DNA of 64,000 nucleotides from Candidatus Latescibacterota bacterium (lineage in GTDB: Bacteria; Latescibacterota; UBA2968), in assembly GCA_965204745.1 (NCBI GenBank), contig OZ242010.1, positions 5,088,001 through 5,152,000 of the forward strand, written 5' to 3'. Positions 49,576 through 59,586 of this stretch are shown here, one piece after another (within the stretch, counting starts at the first letter, position 1; the number at the start of each line of letters is the position of its first letter). The position numbers were made by a program, and so were the translations under genes. The notes beneath the pieces were generated by a model, which did no database searches, was not told the origin of the DNA, and worked only from the letters and a program-made list of their open reading frames with translations.

Positions 49576-50901
49576 ATGATCAAACGCCATAACATCTTTA
49601 CCCTGCTCGTCGGCGCGGCATTGTTGCTGGCCTTGCCCAACATCGCCTTTGCCGAAGACGAACTCAGTTCGGGCGACACCGCTTGGATGCTGACCTCAAC
49701 CGCCTTGGTGCTGTTTATGACCATCCCCGGCCTCGCGCTCTTCTACGGCGGCTTGGTGCGGACCAAAAACGTCTTGTCCGTGCTCATGCAATGTTTCGCC
49801 CTCACCGCCATTATGACGCTGGTCTGGGTTATCATCGGCTACAGCCTCGCGTTCAACACAGACGGCATGGAGGCCGGCAAAGTGACCCTCCACTCGTTTG
49901 TGGGTGGGTTGGGCACGATGTTCTTATCCGGCGTGACGGCCAGCAGTTTGTCGGGCACCATCCCGGAAACGGTCTTCATTACGTTCCAAATGACCTTTGC
50001 GATTATCACCCCGGCCCTGATCGTGGGCGCGTTTGCAGAACGCATGAAATTCTCGGCCATGATTTTGTTTTCCGTTCTCTGGTCCATCGTCGTCTATGCG
50101 CCGATTTGCCACATGGCGTGGAGTGGTGACGGGTCCTTCTTCGGCGACATGGGCGTGCTCGACTTTGCAGGGGGCACGGTTGTGCATATCAACGCGGGTG
50201 TTGCCGCGCTCGTCGCCTGCATCGTCATCGGCAAACGCCAGGGCTATCCCGATACCCTGATGGCCCCGCACAGCTTGACCATCACCGTGATCGGCGCGTC
50301 GATGTTGTGGGTCGGTTGGTTTGGGTTTAACGCGGGCAGTGCGGTCGCTGCCGATGGCGCGGCCGGCATGGCGATGCTCGTCACCCAAGTTGCCACCGCA
50401 TCTGCAACGCTGGGCTGGATGATCGCCGAATGGATCAAGCATGGCAAACCCAGCATCTTGGGCGCGGTTACAGGCGCGGTCGCCGGCCTCGTCGCGATTA
50501 CCCCGGCTTCGGGCAGCGTCGGGCCGATGGGCGCGATTGTCGTCGGACTCGCCTCGGGCATCCTCTGCTTCTGGGCAGCCACCAGCCTCAAGCGCGCTAT
50601 GGGCTATGACGATTCCCTCGACGCGTTCGGCGTTCACGGCATTGGCGGCATTGTGGGCGCGCTGCTCACCGGCATCTTTGCCTCCGAAAGCCTCGGCGGG
50701 CAGGGGCTTAGTGCCGATTCCATCGGCGGGCAATTTTTTGTCCAACTCGTCGGCGTGGTTTTCACTATCGCCTACTGCGCGGTCCTGTCCTTCGTCTTGC
50801 TCAAAATCGTCGATGCCATCGTCGGCTTGCGCGTCTCACAATCCGAAGAAACCGAAGGCCTCGACATCGCGCTCCACGACGAGCGGGGCTACAATTATTA
50901 G
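49576..50901 (+). CDS. amtB: Ammonium transporter
   Basis: FQMTFA, DFAGGTVVH, LWVGWFGFN.GS, DDSLD.F.VHG. Confidence 0.97.
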   Translation: MIKRHNIFTLLVGAALLLALPNIAFAEDELSSGDTAWMLTSTALVLFMTIPGLALFYGGLVRTKNVLSVLMQCFALTAIMTLVWVIIGYSLAFNTDGMEAGKVTLHSFVGGLGTMFLSGVTASSLSGTIPETVFITFQMTFAIITPALIVGAFAERMKFSAMILFSVLWSIVVYAPICHMAWSGDGSFFGDMGVLDFAGGTVVHINAGVAALVACIVIGKRQGYPDTLMAPHSLTITVIGASMLWVGWFGFNAGSAVAADGAAGMAMLVTQVATASATLGWMIAEWIKHGKPSILGAVTGAVAGLVAITPASGSVGPMGAIVVGLASGILCFWAATSLKRAMGYDDSLDAFGVHGIGGIVGALLTGIFASESLGGQGLSADSIGGQFFVQLVGVVFTIAYCAVLSFVLLKIVDAIVGLRVSQSEETEGLDIALHDERGYNY

Positions 50902-50920
50902 ACGAGTCCACAGCAAAACG

Positions 50921-50952
50921 AAAAAAGCGGGTACACAACAGTGCCCGCTTTT
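50921..50952. terminator. Bidirectional intrinsic terminator
   Basis: AAAAAAGCGGGTAC-ACAACA-GTGCCCGCTTTT. Confidence 0.8.
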
Positions 50953-50973
50953 TGCTGTACAAATAACGCCCGT

Positions 50974-51348
50974 TCACATCACTGGTCTATATCGCATTCG
51001 CCATTGCCTGCGCGCTGTGGGAATTGGGGATTGGGGAGTAGCGATCCGTCCACTACTCGACGGCGTCCATAAAATTGCCGGACCAATCGAGAACACATTG
51101 ACAGGATACGGGCTATTTTCTGAGGCGCCGTAAAAGTGCGCCCATTCGTTTTCAAAATTTAGATCGCGATCAAAAAACGCAGAGCGGAGATAACTGTAAT
51201 AATAGACGCTGTCGTTTCCTCTGATCCGCCGTTCGATATTCTCCAGGTACCCCAGATATCCAAAACCGCTGGTCAGCACGAGATAGGCGACGATGAGGAC
51301 GATATAGACGCGATTCCCGTTTGCGCGCCAGCGTATATTCCATCTCAT
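50974..51348 (-). pseudogene. 5' fragment of a GT-C-like membrane glycosyltransferase
   Basis: TM then ND..YYYSYLRS..FD.DL.F.NE...N.FSIGPAILW.P, followed by a short tail with no family similarity; RBS GGAGG. Confidence 0.6.
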
Positions 51349-51410
51349 GATCGCCTCCGATGTTGGAAAAAACAAAATCCCCAACAACTCGCGCTATTTC
51401 ACGTATAGAA

Positions 51411-51440
51411 AAGGGCTTGCGATGAAGATCACAAGCCCTT
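51411..51440 (-). terminator. Terminator downstream of tRNA
   Basis: AAGGGCTTG...CAAGCCCTT hairpin with a T-tract on the minus strand. Confidence 0.65.
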
Positions 51441-51446
51441 GTTTTT

Positions 51447-51533
51447 TGGTGCCGAAGAGGGGATTCGAACCCCTACACCCTTTCGAGTACTGCCCCCTCA
51501 AGACAGCGTGTCTACCAATTCCACCACTTCGGC
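51447..51533 (-). tRNA. tRNA-Leu(GAG)
   Basis: GCCGAAG acceptor stem, CTGTC-TT GAG GG-GGCAG anticodon arm, long variable arm, GGTTCGAATCC, encoded CCA; usual position after secG. Confidence 0.97.
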
Positions 51534-51540
51534 ACAAAAC

Positions 51541-51933
51541 TCATGGCGCGGTGCTACTATCGGCGGGTGCTGTTTGCGTTGTGCCCTCTGCGGGCGTGGT
51601 CTCGTTTTGCGGGAAGACCAAAGGCTGAGGGATTTGCTGTGTGGGCACTTGCCCTTGTTCCATCAACCGCTCGGCAGCCGTTGACGGTGCGGAATCCGTC
51701 GTGCGGCCCGCGTACCAAAGCCCAATACAGGTCAGCGCGAAAATGATGCCCACATACGTCGTCACTTTTGCCAGGAAAGGCACGGCGCCACCGCCGCCAA
51801 ACATCGACGTGCCCCCGCCCATGCCGCCAAACGCACCGCCGGACAACCCACCACTTCTGCCGGGCTGCATCAAAATAACCAAAATGAGAACCGCACAAAC
51901 CAGAACGTGAACGACCAAAAGAAAAATTTCCAT
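51541..51933 (-). CDS. secG: Preprotein translocase subunit SecG
   Basis: LILVILMQ..R.GGL.G.AFGG, L.K.T; synteny tpiA-secG-tRNA-Leu. Confidence 0.93.
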   Translation of the reverse strand: MEIFLLVVHVLVCAVLILVILMQPGRSGGLSGGAFGGMGGGTSMFGGGGAVPFLAKVTTYVGIIFALTCIGLWYAGRTTDSAPSTAAERLMEQGQVPTQQIPQPLVFPQNETTPAEGTTQTAPADSSTAP

Positions 51934-51941
51934 ATCATCCT

Positions 51942-52697
51942 CTATCCAGCCGCTTTCACAATGGCGGCAAACGCGGCGGCATCCAATGAAGCCCCGCCGA
52001 TCAGGCCGCCGTCGATATTGTTTTGGGCAAATAACGCCGCCGCATTGTCGGGCTTCACAGACCCGCCGTATTGAATGCGAACCGCTCGTGCGACCTCGCC
52101 GCGATAAAGATCGGTCAACACTTGGCGGAGAAACGCATGCACGGCCTCGGCTTGGTCTGGCGTTGCGGTCAGGCCCGTGCCAATGGCCCACACAGGCTCG
52201 TAAGCCAGCGTGATGCCCCGCACGTCGTCAGCGGAAATTCCACTGAGCGCGCCCCGCAGTTGCGTCTCGACCACTTGCTCGGTTTTGTCGGCCTGACGCT
52301 CATCCAAAGACTCGCCAAGGCACACAATCGGTTTGAGTCCAGCATGCAGGACAGCCTTTAAGCGGCGGTTTACGGTCTCGTCTGTTTCGCCGAAAAACTG
52401 CCGGCGTTCCGAGTGCCCTAATATAACGTATTCACACCCGCAAGTCAACAACATGGGCGCAGACACCTCGCCCGTGAACGCCCCCTCGGCTTCCCAATAC
52501 ACGTTCTGCGCGCCCAATCCGACAGGCGTGCCGCGCACCACTTGGGCGACCCGTTCCAATGCCGTAAAGGGTGGGCAAATCGCCACATCCACGCCGGTTA
52601 TCCCGGCTACGGCATCCACCACGCATCGCGCCAGGGCTTCGGCCTCATCGGCCGTCTTGTTGAGTTTCCAATTGCCCGCCACAAATGGCGTTCGCAT
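51942..52697 (-). CDS. tpiA: Triosephosphate isomerase
   Basis: AGNWK, GHSERR, AYEPVWAIGTG, YGGSV. Confidence 0.98.
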   Translation of the reverse strand: MRTPFVAGNWKLNKTADEAEALARCVVDAVAGITGVDVAICPPFTALERVAQVVRGTPVGLGAQNVYWEAEGAFTGEVSAPMLLTCGCEYVILGHSERRQFFGETDETVNRRLKAVLHAGLKPIVCLGESLDERQADKTEQVVETQLRGALSGISADDVRGITLAYEPVWAIGTGLTATPDQAEAVHAFLRQVLTDLYRGEVARAVRIQYGGSVKPDNAAALFAQNNIDGGLIGGASLDAAAFAAIVKAAG

Positions 52698-52739
52698 CGC
52701 AACATCCTTTCAAAATTTGGGACGCATCCGTCTCCAACG

Positions 52740-53948
52740 CTATGCTTCATCGTCTTCTCTATCCGACAGCGCGACCACGCCGGGCAAGGGCTTGCCTTCT
52801 AAAAACGCCAGCGAAGCCCCGCCCCCGGTCGAAACGTGGCTCAATTTTTTTGCCACGCCAAAATCTGCCATTGCAGCCGCGGTTTCCCCGCCGCCGACAA
52901 TCGTCGTCGCGCCCTGCTCGGTCGCTGTGACCAGTGCCTTGGCAACCGCGCGCGACCCTTTGGAAAATGAGTAAATCTCGCACGCGCCCAACGGCCCGTT
53001 CCACACCACTGTTTTGGCATTTAGGACCACATCGGAAAATCGCTGTCGCGTTTCAGGCCCGATGTCAAACCCCTCCATGTCTGCGGGAATGCGATCTCGG
53101 GGCACGACCTGGACGGGTACGCCCTCGGCCATCTCGGATGCCACGACCGTATCGGTGGGCAAGATCAGAGTCACGCCTTCGGCCTCTGCGCGTTTGTGCA
53201 AGTCGGCGGCGACCGCAATCCGATCTTCCTCCAACAAGGACTTGCCGATTTCCAAGCCCATTGCCCTAAAAAACGTAAATGCCATGCCCCCGCCGATGAG
53301 CAGGGTATCGACTTTTGAAAACAAATTTTCAATCACGTCAATTTTTCCGGAAATTTTTGCCCCGCCCATAACCGCGACATAAGGCCGCGCCGGCTCGGTC
53401 AAGGCCGCGCCGAGATAGTCCAACTCCTTTTGCATCAACAAACCCGCGGCGCAGTGAAAAAAATAATGCGTGACGCCCTCGGTGGAGGCATGGGCGCGAT
53501 GGGCCGTGCCAAACGCATCGTTGACATACACATCGCCCAATTCGGACAACTGCGTGGCAAAGCCCGGCGCATTGGCCTCTTCGTCGGCGTGAAAGCGCAA
53601 ATTTTCGAGCAACACAACCGACCCCTCGGGCGCGCGTTTCACCGCATCAATCGTTGCCTCGCCCACGCAGTCGGGCGCTAGCACCACTTCGCGTCCGAGC
53701 AGGAGTTGCAGGGATTCGGCGATGGGTTTGAGCGACAACTCGGGGACGACCGCGCCCTCGGGCCTGCCCAAATGCGACATCAACACGGGTTTTCCCCCCG
53801 CGTCTAAAATATGCCGAATGGTGGGCAACGCCGCTCGGAGGCGCGTATCATCCGCGACCTGTCCATCTTCGAGCGGCACATTAAAATCCACGCGCACCAA
53901 AACGCGCTTGCCCGCCAACGCCAACTCCACAATCGACACCTTCGCCAC
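52740..53948 (-). CDS. pgk: Phosphoglycerate kinase
   Basis: [33 protein letters not shown]. Confidence 0.98.
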   Translation of the reverse strand: MAKVSIVELALAGKRVLVRVDFNVPLEDGQVADDTRLRAALPTIRHILDAGGKPVLMSHLGRPEGAVVPELSLKPIAESLQLLLGREVVLAPDCVGEATIDAVKRAPEGSVVLLENLRFHADEEANAPGFATQLSELGDVYVNDAFGTAHRAHASTEGVTHYFFHCAAGLLMQKELDYLGAALTEPARPYVAVMGGAKISGKIDVIENLFSKVDTLLIGGGMAFTFFRAMGLEIGKSLLEEDRIAVAADLHKRAEAEGVTLILPTDTVVASEMAEGVPVQVVPRDRIPADMEGFDIGPETRQRFSDVVLNAKTVVWNGPLGACEIYSFSKGSRAVAKALVTATEQGATTIVGGGETAAAMADFGVAKKLSHVSTGGGASLAFLEGKPLPGVVALSDREDDEA

Positions 53949-53964
53949 GTTATTCTCCTCTCAC

Positions 53965-54117
53965 CGCTACTGCGCGTTTCGAGTTCAAACCCCGAGCGGT
54001 TTCCACTCAGACACGCCTAAACTCGCTACAAATGCAGACTCTGGTTGATCGCCGCGTTCAAATCGCGATCCGCTTCAAAACCGCAGTCGCAAGGGCAGGG
54101 GCTTTACGGCCTGTTTG
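53965..54117 (-). mobile_element. Internally deleted IS200/IS605-type (TnpB) relic
   Basis: 54091-54044 reads CDCGFEADRDLNAAIN (TnpB Zn-finger end plus RuvC-III); preceded by GTAAAGCCCCTGCCC end-like sequence. Confidence 0.7.
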
Positions 54118-54322
54118 GTAATTGGACAATTCGATAGCCCTATATTACGCTTCAGCCTGCCCCTTGTCAATCTTTCTGATAGAGGCGGGACACGCAACAA
54201 CGATGGAACCGCAAATCATTGACAACAGAACAAAATCTGTTACACTACCAAAACACATGCTCGGAAAACCCGACCTATCAACCTCGCGATTGCCCGCAGT
54301 GCATGGGGCGAAAGGAGTCACG

Positions 54323-55501
54323 ATGAACAAGGTTCAAGCACCTATGTCTGAGTCTTACCGCGCCACCGCCTTTGCAGACGCCAAGCCGGAACTCGCGGCA
54401 CCTGGGGCCACGCCAGAGCGGTTGACTCACTTGAAGGAACACGGGTTTGTCATCATCACCGACTTTGTCGATAACCCGTGGATCCCGGTTTTGCGCGAAG
54501 CGGGTCGCCGCGTGATCGAGGCGTGCGCGCCCGAGAATGGCTATGACAAAATTGACTGTTCGAAGGGTTATGTGCATCGCACGGGCAATGACGAGCCGTG
54601 GGCGATTCGGGGCCTCATCCATCCCGCTTTTGGAGAGCCTTGTTTTGCCGAGTTCCACGGGTCGCCGGATTTTCTCGACTTCGTCTCCTCGTGGTGTCAC
54701 GGGCTTCAGCCAGAAGACATGACCTTGGGTGGCCTGTTGCTGTGGTGCAACCCCCGGCAACGCGAGAACAAACTCAGTTGGCACAGAGACGTGACGTGGT
54801 GGGGCACCGGGAAACCCTACTTTGCACAGCGGGAAGTGCGTGGGGAAGGCCCGGAGGCGTATTCCGAAGAGGTCGAAAAACGTCGCTGGAAAGAAATCCG
54901 CGCAAACAACGCAAAATCCCTCACACAGCGGAACGGCGTGAGCATGTTCTTGGCATTGGCCGACGACGAATGTCACGAGCTCATCCCCGGTAGCCACAAC
55001 CGATGGCGCACCCGGTTTGAGCACGACGTGCTCTTGCCAAAAGCGATGAAGGAACAAGGCGTCCCGCACACCCCGAGTTGGAACGGCGAAGACCCGTTGC
55101 CAAACCAAGTCGCCATTCGCCTCAAAGCAGGAGAAGCCCTCATCCGCAACGGGACGACCATCCACACGGGACACACAGTCCCCGACCGCGAGCGCAACAC
55201 CTTGTCTATCGGCTGGTCAAAGTGGTCAGGCCCGTTCACGGGAGAACCCTCCGTGTCAGACGTGCGCCATGCGTGGCAACTCAACCCTACCGTGCGCGAA
55301 GCCTTGCCACACGAATGGATGAAAACCGCGTGGGACCGCTGGGCCGAAACGAAAAAACTGGGCGATACGCTCGAGGACCGTTACCCGGCGTTTGACATCC
55401 AGCACATTAAAGCCGGAACCGTCATTGGCTGGCGCAGCGAATTGGAACGCCAAGCCGCCGCCACAGGCGAATCGTGGAAGCCCTACCAAACTGTGGGGTA
55501 A
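54323..55501 (+). CDS. Phytanoyl-CoA dioxygenase (PhyH) family protein
   Basis: L.EHGFVII, WHRD, LIPGSH, LKAGE.......IH; RBS AAGGAG. Confidence 0.82.
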   Translation: MNKVQAPMSESYRATAFADAKPELAAPGATPERLTHLKEHGFVIITDFVDNPWIPVLREAGRRVIEACAPENGYDKIDCSKGYVHRTGNDEPWAIRGLIHPAFGEPCFAEFHGSPDFLDFVSSWCHGLQPEDMTLGGLLLWCNPRQRENKLSWHRDVTWWGTGKPYFAQREVRGEGPEAYSEEVEKRRWKEIRANNAKSLTQRNGVSMFLALADDECHELIPGSHNRWRTRFEHDVLLPKAMKEQGVPHTPSWNGEDPLPNQVAIRLKAGEALIRNGTTIHTGHTVPDRERNTLSIGWSKWSGPFTGEPSVSDVRHAWQLNPTVREALPHEWMKTAWDRWAETKKLGDTLEDRYPAFDIQHIKAGTVIGWRSELERQAAATGESWKPYQTVG

Positions 55502-55586
55502 AACCATCAGTGGTTAGCCACCCTTTCGTCATTGCATCGCTGTTGGCCTAACGCAGGCTATTCGCTCGCTTTGAGAAACTGGACAC

Positions 55587-55891
55587 CTCTACGGCGATAA
55601 AATCTACGCCGATCAGCCCTTAAAAGACACACTTGGCAAGGAGCAGAACCTGATCTTCGAGACGCCGGTGAAGCGAAAGAAGGGGCAAGAAAGCCTGACC
55701 GAGGCCGAAAAAGACTTTTCTCGGGCGGTTTCGAGCATGCGACAGCCGATAGCGGCCTTGTTCAGTTGGATTGAACAAGAGACAAACCTCTCGATGGCGT
55801 CTCGGGTACGATCAGAGGATGGCTTACTCGTTCATGTCTTTGGGCGATTGACCGCGGCTTGCTTCTTACTCGCTTTCTACTCTTAATTCGC
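55587..55891 (+). mobile_element. IS982-family transposase 3' fragment
   Basis: LYGDKIY, TPVK.KKGQ, VS.MRQPI..LFSW, ASRVRS..GLLVHVFG.L. Confidence 0.8.
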
Positions 55892-56160
55892 ATTGTAGAT
55901 GGTGACTTCGCCCGCGCCGCCACGTCCACACACGAGCGTGGCTTCTGTGCCGAGAACGATCCACTTGTACGGCAGTGCGTAATGGGAAATATCGGCCTTG
56001 GCCGAGCGTGCGCGCACCCCATTGTCAAAGACCATGACGATATCGAACAAGTCGATCACTTGCTCGCCCCAGTGCGGCCCAAAATCCAGCAAAGTGCCTC
56101 CGCCCGCGCCCGCGGTCACGCGCCATTGTCGGTCGTAGTCCGCGATGCCGAACCCCACGG
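55892..56160 (-). pseudogene. Internal fragments of a Gfo/Idh/MocA oxidoreductase
   Basis: WRV....GGGTLLDFGPHW.EQVIDL; KWIVLGTEATL. Confidence 0.6.
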
Positions 56161-56220
56161 CCGGGCGTGCGCTAGGTCGCGCTGTCCCTGCCGAAACCAA
56201 TCTGCGTGCCGACTTGCCAT
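56161..56220 (-). pseudogene. N-terminal stump of a HEPN domain protein
   Basis: MASRHADWFRQGQRDLAHAR, ATG 2 bp after the nucleotidyltransferase stop. Confidence 0.6.
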
Positions 56221-56222
56221 GC

Positions 56223-56744
56223 TTATACCAGTTTTGAGAGAATTTCCGCGGGAACTTGCGATTGGAGAAAGGGGTGGGTTTCGATGAGGCGTGCGATGTC
56301 GGCGAGGTCTTTTTGCCGTTTGCTGCTTCGGCGATCCGCATCCAGTGCGGCCCATATCTTGCCTTGCAAGGTGTCTTCAAGGCAGGCGACCGGCAGTTCG
56401 AGACCGAGAATTTCGCACGGTTCAGCGCGGTCTGGAAAATCAAAATATCGCGCATCGGTTTGAATTTGCACGCGCAAATCCGATCCCTCTTGGTACACGT
56501 TGAGGCTATGGGGAAATTTTTTGAGTGCGAAATTCCCTTTTAGCAGGGTCACGGCCCGGTCGAGATGTGCTATGGCGACGACCAGATCGAGATCGAGGCT
56601 GACCACTGGCTCGGCATAGGCATTGACAGCTTGCCCACCGATCACGCAATACGCAATCTCGTGCGCGGTCAGCAAATCGATCAACTGATCTAAAAAATGA
56701 CTCTGGTCCATCGTCACGGTTTTCCAAAAATCGAGCGCGTGCAT
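56223..56744 (-). CDS. Minimal nucleotidyltransferase (AbiEii/DUF6036-like)
   Basis: YCVIGG.AVNAY..P..S.DLD, K..........R..K..KDLADI. Confidence 0.82.
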   Translation of the reverse strand: MHALDFWKTVTMDQSHFLDQLIDLLTAHEIAYCVIGGQAVNAYAEPVVSLDLDLVVAIAHLDRAVTLLKGNFALKKFPHSLNVYQEGSDLRVQIQTDARYFDFPDRAEPCEILGLELPVACLEDTLQGKIWAALDADRRSSKRQKDLADIARLIETHPFLQSQVPAEILSKLV

Positions 56745-57055
56745 TATGGGCTACCCAATGAAAAAAATGGTCGCTTTGCGTCCATCCACCGGCTGATCGC
56801 GACCTTTTGCCGGGTGAAAAACGAAAGCCCATCGATCAATGGCTTAACGGTTTCGGACACGGCGATCTCCTGTTGGGGTGGCACTTACTCGGCGCCGTGT
56901 TGCCGAAGCTTGGGGGCTTCTCCGGGTACGGGCGAGTTGTCAAATGCCCCGCGTTGAATTACGGCTCCTTTGCTACCCAAGGCGTCTATGGTGGCTTTTT
57001 GCGCGGCTTTGGCTTGGGCAGTGGCGGAGCGGTCTCCCCTCTCCCTTCTTACCTC

Positions 57056-59299
57056 TTACGTCTCCCGCCTTATCACCTCAATCAACGCCTCTGCGGTAAT
57101 GCCGAAGTGTGCCCATGTTTTTTCGAGTCCTTCTGATGGCGCGATGCGCGGGTCCGTGATGCCCACATGCGCGTGGGCAATGCCATTGCAAGCCGTGCTC
57201 ACCAACCCGGCGAATCCGCGCAGGCCCGTTTCCGGGGTGCCGATTTTGCCATCTTCAATGGTCGCTATGCCCGCGTAATTTTTCAGCAGGGCGTCCAACG
57301 CGCCATCCGGCAGGGGCAACCCGTTGACGACATACACATCGGTTGGAATGCCGGACGCCGCGAGGGTCTCGGCAGCCTCTGCGGCCAAAAAGGCCGGCGC
57401 GCCAAAGGCCAAGATCGCGTGCTTTGCCCCCGCGTACTTGCGATAGGCGGTTATCGCCTCCCATGCCTGACTCGGATGCCACAGGGGACCTGATCCATCT
57501 TGTGCTTGCAAAACGGGCAAACCCGAATCGCGCGGTATGCCTATCACATGCCCGCCGTAGTGCGCGGCCATGTCTTTCACGGCCAAGAAGGCCACGCGCG
57601 CATCGGCCGGGGCGTAAAACCTGTGCAAATAGGGCAAGTACGTCAGGCCCACGTTGATCCAATCGAGGCCCCAGCCCGAGAAGTGATCGCGCCCGGTACA
57701 CGCGCCCACATGCGAGAGGTGAAACACCACATTGAGCCCCTCGTTGATCCCATTCAGATTGCGCTGATACTGCCACATGTCGAAGCCCTCGCGGGCGATG
57801 CCCTCAAAAAACGCGGCAAAGGTCGAGACCACATTGAGTTGCGGTTCATCCGTGCTCATCGCCAAGCCATTTGCCATGAGCGCGGCGGCTTGCTCTTCGA
57901 TGCTCATCTCGAACTGGTGATCGCCCGATAGATGCGCCCGCGCCCCCGAGAGTTTTGTCGAGGGATCGAGATCGCAACTCACCACAAACACGCGGTCGGG
58001 ATGCGTCTCTGCCAGCGAGGTGTACGCCGCGGCCGCGCCATCGCGGGGGCTCGCTTTCTCGGTCGGCAATTCGACCGCCGAGGCTTTGTCTTCAGATAGT
58101 GCCAGATTCGCGCTTCCGGGCGCGGGTCTGGCTTTTGTGATGACAGTGCGCGTGCCCCTGTTTCGCAGGGTTGCGAGCGCGTGGGCTTGTTCTGCTGTGG
58201 GTTGAAACATCGCGCCGTCGAGCACGTCTGCGGGGTCGCGGCCCTGCATGCTCCCGTCGTGGTGATTCGCGCCGCCGGGCAGGTCGTTGACCAAGAACAG
58301 GCATTCTAGCATTGGCTCTGGATCGCGGAAACTCATCAGAGAACCCGGGATCCACACGGGTTTGTCTATCGGCACATCGTGGCGCGCGGCAAATGCCTCG
58401 ACAGCGTCTGTGATGCCATAGCGTTCCCCAAAGGTCTTCAGGGTCACATCTTCGCCCGAAAATCCGATGGGATAGATCAAACTCGGCTTGCCCTGTTGCG
58501 CGAGATGATAGCCTTCCCGATACGCCGCATAGAGCGCGGCATTGTCGTGGAGCGATGCGATTTCCAACACCTCCACCCCGAGCGCGGAAATGACGCTTCG
58601 GGGGTCTATGTCCATAATGCTCGCCGTGCTACCGGACAACTGAATGCCGTTGCGGTGCATCACAAACGTGATGGGGGCACCGTGGACACTCGCGGCATTA
58701 AACCCGTTGAGTGCCTGCCCGGAAATCCAGCCCGCATCCCCGCAATGGGCAATGACCCAGGCGCGGTCGCGCCGTGCTTTTTTGCCTAATGCCATGCCCA
58801 CTGCGGCCGGGATCATGACGCCCAACCGCCCGCCGTTGAGTTGCGTTCCCCCGGGCAACCACGCCACATGCCCGGGAAAATCCAGCCCGCGCCGAAAGTT
58901 CTGTACGACCCGCTCCGCCTCGACAAAGCCAAACCCGGCCAGAGCCGAGTAATACCCGATGCTCGTGTGCGCGTGTTCGATGGTATAAGCGCGTCGCTCG
59001 TAATCCACAACCGCCAGGGTCATCAACAACCCGGGGGTGAGTTCCAACCCGCCGCCCAAGTGGTCCAATTCCCCGATTTCGGCCAACGATGCCAGCGCCC
59101 GAATCGCCGTGTGCGCGCTTTCGATTTGCAACGCGGTCAATGCGCGGTCTTCCATCTCGCCCAGAACCCCGGTCGTCTCAATATCAATATGCAGTGCCAA
59201 CACATCGGACGCGATTTCCCGCCCGAGAAAATGCGTCTCATTCAACAGCGCGTCATTGCGCCGCCCCTGCTTTTCGGTCATCGCCTTCACGTTTGCCAT
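57056..59299 (-). CDS. Divergent single-chain transketolase-like ThDP enzyme
   Basis: DHLGGG, FPGH, G.LG, GDAG....G...N..NG.QLSG, DL..ST, SIEEQ, DHFSG. Confidence 0.8.
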   Translation of the reverse strand: MANVKAMTEKQGRRNDALLNETHFLGREIASDVLALHIDIETTGVLGEMEDRALTALQIESAHTAIRALASLAEIGELDHLGGGLELTPGLLMTLAVVDYERRAYTIEHAHTSIGYYSALAGFGFVEAERVVQNFRRGLDFPGHVAWLPGGTQLNGGRLGVMIPAAVGMALGKKARRDRAWVIAHCGDAGWISGQALNGFNAASVHGAPITFVMHRNGIQLSGSTASIMDIDPRSVISALGVEVLEIASLHDNAALYAAYREGYHLAQQGKPSLIYPIGFSGEDVTLKTFGERYGITDAVEAFAARHDVPIDKPVWIPGSLMSFRDPEPMLECLFLVNDLPGGANHHDGSMQGRDPADVLDGAMFQPTAEQAHALATLRNRGTRTVITKARPAPGSANLALSEDKASAVELPTEKASPRDGAAAAYTSLAETHPDRVFVVSCDLDPSTKLSGARAHLSGDHQFEMSIEEQAAALMANGLAMSTDEPQLNVVSTFAAFFEGIAREGFDMWQYQRNLNGINEGLNVVFHLSHVGACTGRDHFSGWGLDWINVGLTYLPYLHRFYAPADARVAFLAVKDMAAHYGGHVIGIPRDSGLPVLQAQDGSGPLWHPSQAWEAITAYRKYAGAKHAILAFGAPAFLAAEAAETLAASGIPTDVYVVNGLPLPDGALDALLKNYAGIATIEDGKIGTPETGLRGFAGLVSTACNGIAHAHVGITDPRIAPSEGLEKTWAHFGITAEALIEVIRRET

Positions 59300-59472
59300 A
59301 AGTGCTCCAAAGAGTGATGAACAACTCGCCGCAACCCTCCCATTGCCGCAGGAGGGGACAGGCCCCGACAAATCAAAATGCCCCTAAAATAAACGTTCCC
59401 CGCGCAACAAGCCAGAAAAAAGCCCAGATACAAAGTTCTGGCATCAGGGCCGGGTCTATATTATGTTTAAGG

Positions 59473-59568
59473 CGAGATGGAAGTTTAGCCACAAAAGGCA
59501 CGAGCGGGGTACAACTGGCGATAGCCAGTTCAAAGGCACAAAAGGGGTACAACTGACCACTGACCACT
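59473..59568. repeat. Hairpin cassette inside a GCCACAAAAGGCACAAAA repeat, followed by ACTGACC heptamers
   Basis: Matches 62589-62693. Confidence 0.85.
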
Positions 59569-59586
59569 TTCTCACAGGAGGCCACC

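Noticed and set aside
51340-51447. Integrative element at tRNA-Leu
   Set aside because: No integrase and no duplicated tRNA 3' end found in the window
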